From: the human T2T-CHM13v2.0 reference genome, Homo sapiens
Length of the DNA stretch: 64,000 bases
Direction: 5' to 3' (one strand)
Assembly (NCBI RefSeq): GCF_009914755.1
Contig: NC_060947.1
The translations under genes and the position numbers were made by a program. Below the pieces are notes generated by a model that had not been told where the DNA came from, did not search any database, and worked only from the letters and a program-made list of their open reading frames with translations. Every line of letters begins with the position of its first letter. Positions within the stretch are counted from its first letter, which is position 1. Below are positions 57,072 to 64,000 of this stretch, one piece after another.

Positions 57072-59811
57072 CCAGATACTTGTTTCTTGTTTCACTCCAG
57101 ACTTAATGAGTTTAGGGTATAAGCAGTAAAACTTTAAAGTCTACTGAAACTTCGAAATAAGCTGCTGTTACCAGTTTTGTGAGAATTTGGAAAAACTAAT
57201 GTATGTGTTGACTAAGTTTGGGGCTTATTTAACCCTGGATTTTCACCTTTTCAAAAAAGATTCCAGCAGCAATGATCCTTACTTTTTTAACATGACATTG
57301 TATGTTTTCTTAAAATGATTTAATTTAGCCCTCTGTGGTTTGCCTGTTGAACTTATAACTGCTCTCCCAAGAAAATAACTTTTTAATGGCATTTTGGTAT
57401 TTAAGTAACTTGTACAAGGATCATTATATACCTAATATTTTAAGCTCATTACAGTCTCTTCTCCCTTTATATTTTTACATTTTAGCATTGAACTATGACC
57501 AAGAGACTATTGAGATTGAAGCTCCTTCCCCTGGGGAAAAAAAAAATCACCTTGGGAATAAATCTGAAGTAATTAGCTGAGCCAGTTGACTTTGTTACTG
57601 CCATGGGAAGATTGAGTGATTTGTAGAAATGGATATTTAGGGTAGACATTTAGAGTAGACATTTCACAGGGCCTGGTATTTTTCGCAAGTTGCAGCCAGT
57701 CGTTTGGGTGTTTCTCCATGAGTAAGTAACAAGATGGCCCACACCCACTTTTAGCTTACTCTGCAGGCAGGCTGTCCCGGGTCAGTGCTTGCAGGTTCAT
57801 GCACTCAGGTGCACCAAGTGAGCCATGGCTGGTGGGGATGGGTAGAGAGTAGCTCCTCTTGGTTCCTTTTCGTAGCCTGGCCAATTTTGTATATGTGCAA
57901 ACCAGCATTGTTTTGTTCCTTTATTTTTGGACTGTGAAAGAAACTTGCCTTTTAGAAAAATCTTGCTTATTTTCTTTTTCCTTATCTTTTGATTAGTGTT
58001 GGCCTGGGAAATTGATTAATAGTCATAGGGTCAGAGAAAAAGTGAAGCTGCTTTCTCATAATTGCAAATAAATCAAAACATTATGTGAATACTTGGATTC
58101 ACAACTAGAGTTTGAATTAGCGACAGTTACCCCTCACTACAGAGATGAACTGGCCTCATTCAGCGGTGTGGTCTCTCTCAATTCCTCTGACCATCCTTAG
58201 CTTTAAATGTGAGAGTATATGTATTCCCACATAATTCTCTAATTTACTATTTCTCTTAGGGGTTAGGTAACTTGTAAAATAAGAATGTATAGTGTCTTGG
58301 TGACAAGTGGCCCATGTTAACATAATTTATGTCACTAATGAAGAACAGCTTTTCAAATTGTTCTGAATGTGTATTCTTTGTTTTTATCATATACTACCAC
58401 TTTAGGAAATACTTTAATTCCTACAACGAGTAGCTATTAACTTCATATGCAGCATGAACATGTCTCATATAGTTTTCTAAATGCATAATCTTGAGCGAGT
58501 ACAGTCTGGATTAAATGATGTTCATTCACTATTTTATTTTTTCATTGAAATGACATTTATTTAGTGCTTGCCACGCAGTAGGCAGCGTTGAACTCGGTTT
58601 GTTCTATATTATCCAATTTAAACTTCAAAAGTGTATGATCAGTGATGCTACCTCCGTTTCGCAGGTGAGAAAAGTGAGACTCTGTGTCTCAGTTGTCTTA
58701 TTCTTTGTTTGGCCCCTTTCAACTGTGAAGAGTCAGCCTCCAGTATTTTATAATTACTAGATGTCGCTTGACAGCTGACCAAATAGGATTTAGGATTCTG
58801 TCACTGAATTCTGAATGCATCTGTTAGATTTATCTACCTATGTAGCTGTTGATAAATTTTAAACAATTTTTAGATATTTTTGGTATTTGTGAGCTTTTGG
58901 CTTAGTGACTGTTTTATATTACTTATTTACCTTTATACTAAAATAAGATAGTTTTCTCTTAGATTTCCAAAAGCTTTTCCTTAGATTTCCAAAAGATAGA
59001 AATATTGTCTCTTATAATCTTTTCTTGAAAGCATCCCTTAGCAATCCCTAAAATTCTAAGAAACAGTGTAGAATAATTATTTTTAAGTATAAATTCAAAT
59101 AGTAAATTTTGGCACACATGTTTTGACCAAGGGTAAATTAAATTGGTTGGCCTAAAAATGTTTCTTTTCTTTAATTAGTTTGTGGAAACAAAATAGCATA
59201 AACATGCATTGATTGATTTCTTATGTTGTTTTGAATGAAATATGGAAGGTATATTTGGTTTCAGGATTCTCAGGGACATTTTGGCCTGTAGAATCTGTAG
59301 ACCCATTGTTTTTGCACATATTTTAAATTTCTGAATTTCGAACATCAAGAAAACCATGTTGCATTTTGTCTCAGATGCTGCTACTGAATTTTAACCACTG
59401 AATTAGATTGCAACCTACATGCTGTTAACTACTGAGCCAAGATGAAATCGACTACTGCATTGAAATCAGGGTTAGCTGTGTCTGCACTTGAAGGAGTTGT
59501 AATGGCAGTGAACCTGTTTTCTTTAATGGGATTTTTATTCCCTGATTTTATTCTCAGTTTTAATTGTGACTTTGATTTTAAGAGAATTTCTTAGTACACA
59601 TTTATTTGAGGTTTTCATTGTAACTTTAAGAGAATAATAAAAAACATCCTATCGAAGTAGGTGCTTCCAAACCCATATGTTCAGTGGCATATTTCTGTGT
59701 TGTGTTGTTGCAGTTACTTGTTTTATTTATAAAGTATCTCTTGTAAAAAGAGAAGTCATTTGTCCATGTGCTTTTGAGTTCAAATGGTTGTGTGTATGTG
59801 CATGAATTTAA

Positions 59812-60102
<291 letters not shown>

Positions 60103-61787
60103 TGAACTTGTATAAAGGCCTTACCCCCTTCCCCCACTATGGGGTATATAAAAAGGGCGAAATAAACACACACATGTTGCTTTCATGTGTTTAAAGAATT
60201 TTAGCATCATGTGAAATCTACCTTCACAGCTTGCTTTTATTTCTGTTTGAAAACTCTTACTTGAATGTGCTTGAATATTGTTTTGGCTTCCTAGAGTGCT
60301 TGACCTTGGTTTTTAAGTGGAATCCCTTAAAAATTCTAAATTATCTTAAAGTATTTTTATTATAATTTCTTAATTAGTAACCTGTATTGTCCCACTGTCA
60401 ACCCCCATCTATTAAGACTTAGACCAATATTTTTCCTTATCTTAAATCAAGTTAATGGGAACTAAGTGTTTTGGGAAAGTTTGTGTTTGTCTTTACACAT
60501 CCCACTTACCTCCATTTTGCAAAGGTACTCTTATCTTTTCTGCTGTCTTTGCATATTAGACATTTAAAAAGTCACAGGGAGACATTCCTTTCAAGAAGTA
60601 CTGCCAAAAAATGTATTATTGACCTTGGATCAGAGCTTGAAACTTGGCCAATTTACTTGATTTCCACTGCAGTGTTATGCATGTACTAGCCATTGGCAAA
60701 GGAATAGGCAGCAGAACTGTGTAAAACCTTGAAACTGAAAGAAAAGACGCCCTTTATCTAAATTAAAAGTAATTATTTTAAGTTAATTTGGACAAACAGC
60801 AGATGTTTTGCATTTTTTTGAATCAAAACAAAGCAGTCTTTGGAAGCAAGTGCAAGGAAGAGGCAGACACAGATCAGCAATACTTGCTAAATCCTTGAGT
60901 TTTGCTTCATTACAGCTGTAAATAAGATAGTTAATTGCATGGAGGCTTGACGACTTGCAGATGGGCTAACTGTGGAAGAGCCGATGTCAAGCTCTGAAAT
61001 CTCTTCCACCTGGAATTGCTTAGCGTGGCGGGTAGGGTTATGTACCAGATTGGAGCAGGAAACCAAGATGTTTAAGTATCAGAAAGGAAAACAAATGCTT
61101 CAGAAATCCCAACAGTTTTGCTATATATTACATTTGCCTTGTCTTTGTTTAAAACAAAACACAACAAAACAAAATGTTTTCTCCAAATATTAATATTTAT
61201 TTATTTCAAATTTTTACTTCTCCTGCCTCCCTCCCCCAATACACTTCATTTTTTGGAAAAATTGCCAAAATTTTAGATTTGCTAAGCAGACAGTAAGTGA
61301 TACTGTTTTTGTGGTACTACACTTTTAACTTTTAGACTTTATTTTTAAAATTAACTTGACAAGATGAAAACAAACTAATGTGATAAAGGCTCTTGTTTTT
61401 CTTCAAGTTTGTAATGAATAAATACAAATTTAAAGTTTTTAATCAGTATCTCTGAGAAAGAGGTTTATTTCCAGTAACATGACTTCACTGGTATTTACAG
61501 AGGGAAAATTATTTTATCCATAGAGTCCCTCGTATAGTGAATGTAAAATAGTGATTTCAGGGTTTTCCCTTTGACTTTGCACTCCATTATGATGATGGCA
61601 AGGAATGGAAGGTATGTATGACTAAAGCGGTCTTTGGGAGGAAAATAATTGAGAAGATAGGGTTAACAACTCACCAATAAAACGAATTAAGAATATTCAA
61701 CACTAGGACAGCATGTAAGTTTTTAAGCACAAAAACCCTTTTATAGCCTCACAGTAATTTTTTGTATACTTCTCCTGACTTATGTAG

Positions 61788-61958
<171 letters not shown>

Positions 61959-64000
61959 TGAGGTTTGGTACTTGTTTATTGGTTTTCATGAAACTAAAAT
62001 TTTGAAAAGACTTTTGGGAAAAATTCCTAGTGAAATACTATTAATACAAATATGATAAAGTATGTAATTTTGGCATATTAGCATGACAAATTATTTGATA
62101 ATTTCTCTCAGGCATTACATCTCTTTCATTTACGAGCAGTATTTTAAATAATGAAATTTTTACTTCTTTTAGAAAAAGCCAGAATATAATTAAGAAATGT
62201 TTTAGTTTATTGTTACCTAAATAAGACTAATTAAATGATTGCTTAGATCTTTGGATAAAGGAAGAAAAAAATCACTATTGGCTATTGTCAGCAAGTAGAG
62301 CCATAAGATCGTGTGTAGTGATCTTAGTGGACTGCCCACACAAAACTAATACTTTGTGTTTATGTAGCACTCTAAACGACTCCATACCCTAGTTTTTTGA
62401 GGAAATCAAATATCTTTTAAATTTAAATGCAGTTTTTCTGGCATTCAAAAGAGAATATCTAATTTTTATAAATTTATAGTAAAAATGCCAGAACAGTGAG
62501 TGATTTGTCTTCATTGGAAAGAAGGCTTTTATTCAGAGTTTTTGTTTTTAACGCATTTCACATGAATTAGTTTTTTTCTCTTCAAAAATTAAAAATTTCA
62601 CATTTCCCACGTGATTTTTCTTAGTGTTTCAGTATGTCATTTGTCATCTAAACAAATTTTCTGTTACTTGAAAGTTTACTGTAACTTCTTTTTAAAAGCT
62701 ACATTGGCAACACATTTCAAAAAAAAAAAAAAGCTCATGTCTTAGTTAAGGCCTATGACTTTTCTAAAGATTGTTCTGTACTTTTTACTCGTATTAGTTA
62801 ACATATAATAGCATTTTCTTCTTTAAAATAGAACTCATTATGTGAAAAGTAACTATCAGATCATTAAGATGAAGAGTAAAAACATAGAGTTCCAGTATTA
62901 TGATTTTGGTGTTGAATATATTTATCAGAAAAGCAAGTCAGTTTGCCTAAAGATTATTAAAAAATAATAATTATGACTACATTTTGGGAAAATCTGAAAC
63001 ATTTTAGTGAATAATCCTGTGCTGCCCTTACTGAACAGTGGATGGGAATAAAAGTTGGCTGTGGGGTCACATTCCTCAGTAGGTGAGATGTGCAGCACAT
63101 GAAAATTTAGGCCAAATCAAAACTATTCAGCTCCTCATTTACAGGCCTCATTGAACAGAGTATGATCCTTGCTTGACTCTTGGGAAGAATTCTGAGCTTT
63201 CTCTCTGTGTTTAGTCTATCAAGATCTTCACCATGGAAATGTTAATACTAGAAGAAACTTATCTATTTCCTTCTTTAAGAGGGAATAGTCTGTTTTGACT
63301 AAGTTGCAAATACTCTGAAAAATGATCTTCTGTATAGCTAGAAATATGCCCTGACTGAAAGACTGATTTCTAACCTAATTGTGTGTATGTTGTGGTGGTG
63401 GTTATATAAGTATTTTTCAAGCTAAATAACCTACTTTTAGGGATCCAGATATTTAACACAAGGTTTCTAGAGCATTTGCTTTAATTGTTTTTTTGCCAGC
63501 CATCTCACTAACATCAAGTAACAGGTTTTTGTAGTTAACTGCCCACTTGATTGACATTTCTAAGGGATTTCTGATCAAAATAGCCATATGTCACTCCTGG
63601 GGTTAAAAATTGATATGACTGTCTTGAAAATTAGGAACTTATTTCTCTACTTTCTGATCTGAATTATATGTGATTGGATGGCAGAGAACGAAATCCGTTA
63701 TTCGTTCTTATGGCCTCATGCTAAACAAATATTTCAAATATTTTCCAGATCAGAGCTTTTGTACAAAAAGCCCCTGTACCTTTAGGTTCTACTTTATTGG
63801 TAGACCATCCTGTTTCCTCCTAGAGGTACATGGCATTGAGTTTCTTTTGTTATTGTGCCTTGAGTGATACTGATTACAGTTATTAGTTCAGTGTGATATA
63901 TCATGGTGATGGTAATCCAATTGGAGACTAATCTAGCAAGTGTACTGAGGTAAGGATATTGATAGTAAGTATTGAGGTTAAGTGATTGTCTCTGAAGCTA

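Overview
Human-type (primate) genomic DNA lying wholly within the + strand POLA1 gene (DNA polymerase alpha catalytic subunit, Xp22). The first ~28 kb is the 3' part of one very long intron. It is followed by eight coding exons (from memory, exons 27-34) whose GT-AG boundaries and phases all join into one continuous reading frame, including the family-B catalytic motif YGDTDS and the first C-terminal Cys4 zinc site. The introns contain an antisense processed EEF1B2 retrocopy (EEF1B2P3) with an intact 225-aa ORF and perfect target-site duplications (TSDs). It is nested in an old L1MA element that shows a twin-priming 5' inversion. There are also about 18 Alus, other L1/L2/MIR fragments, MLT LTRs and several DNA transposons (MER3, Tigger2a, MER20, Charlie1, Tigger4). 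The most interesting unexplained signal is at ~23.4-24.2 kb, a repeat-free block that is probably the ultraconserved element uc.460 of the POLA1/ARX cluster (from memory). It contains a complete splice cassette (branch point, pyrimidine tract with UGC, AG, 13 nt, GTAAGA) that would act as a frameshifting poison microexon, stopping translation just before the catalytic motif. This is a hypothesis from motifs only. Repeat subfamily names, exon numbers and the uc/pseudogene names are recognised from memory, not from searches.
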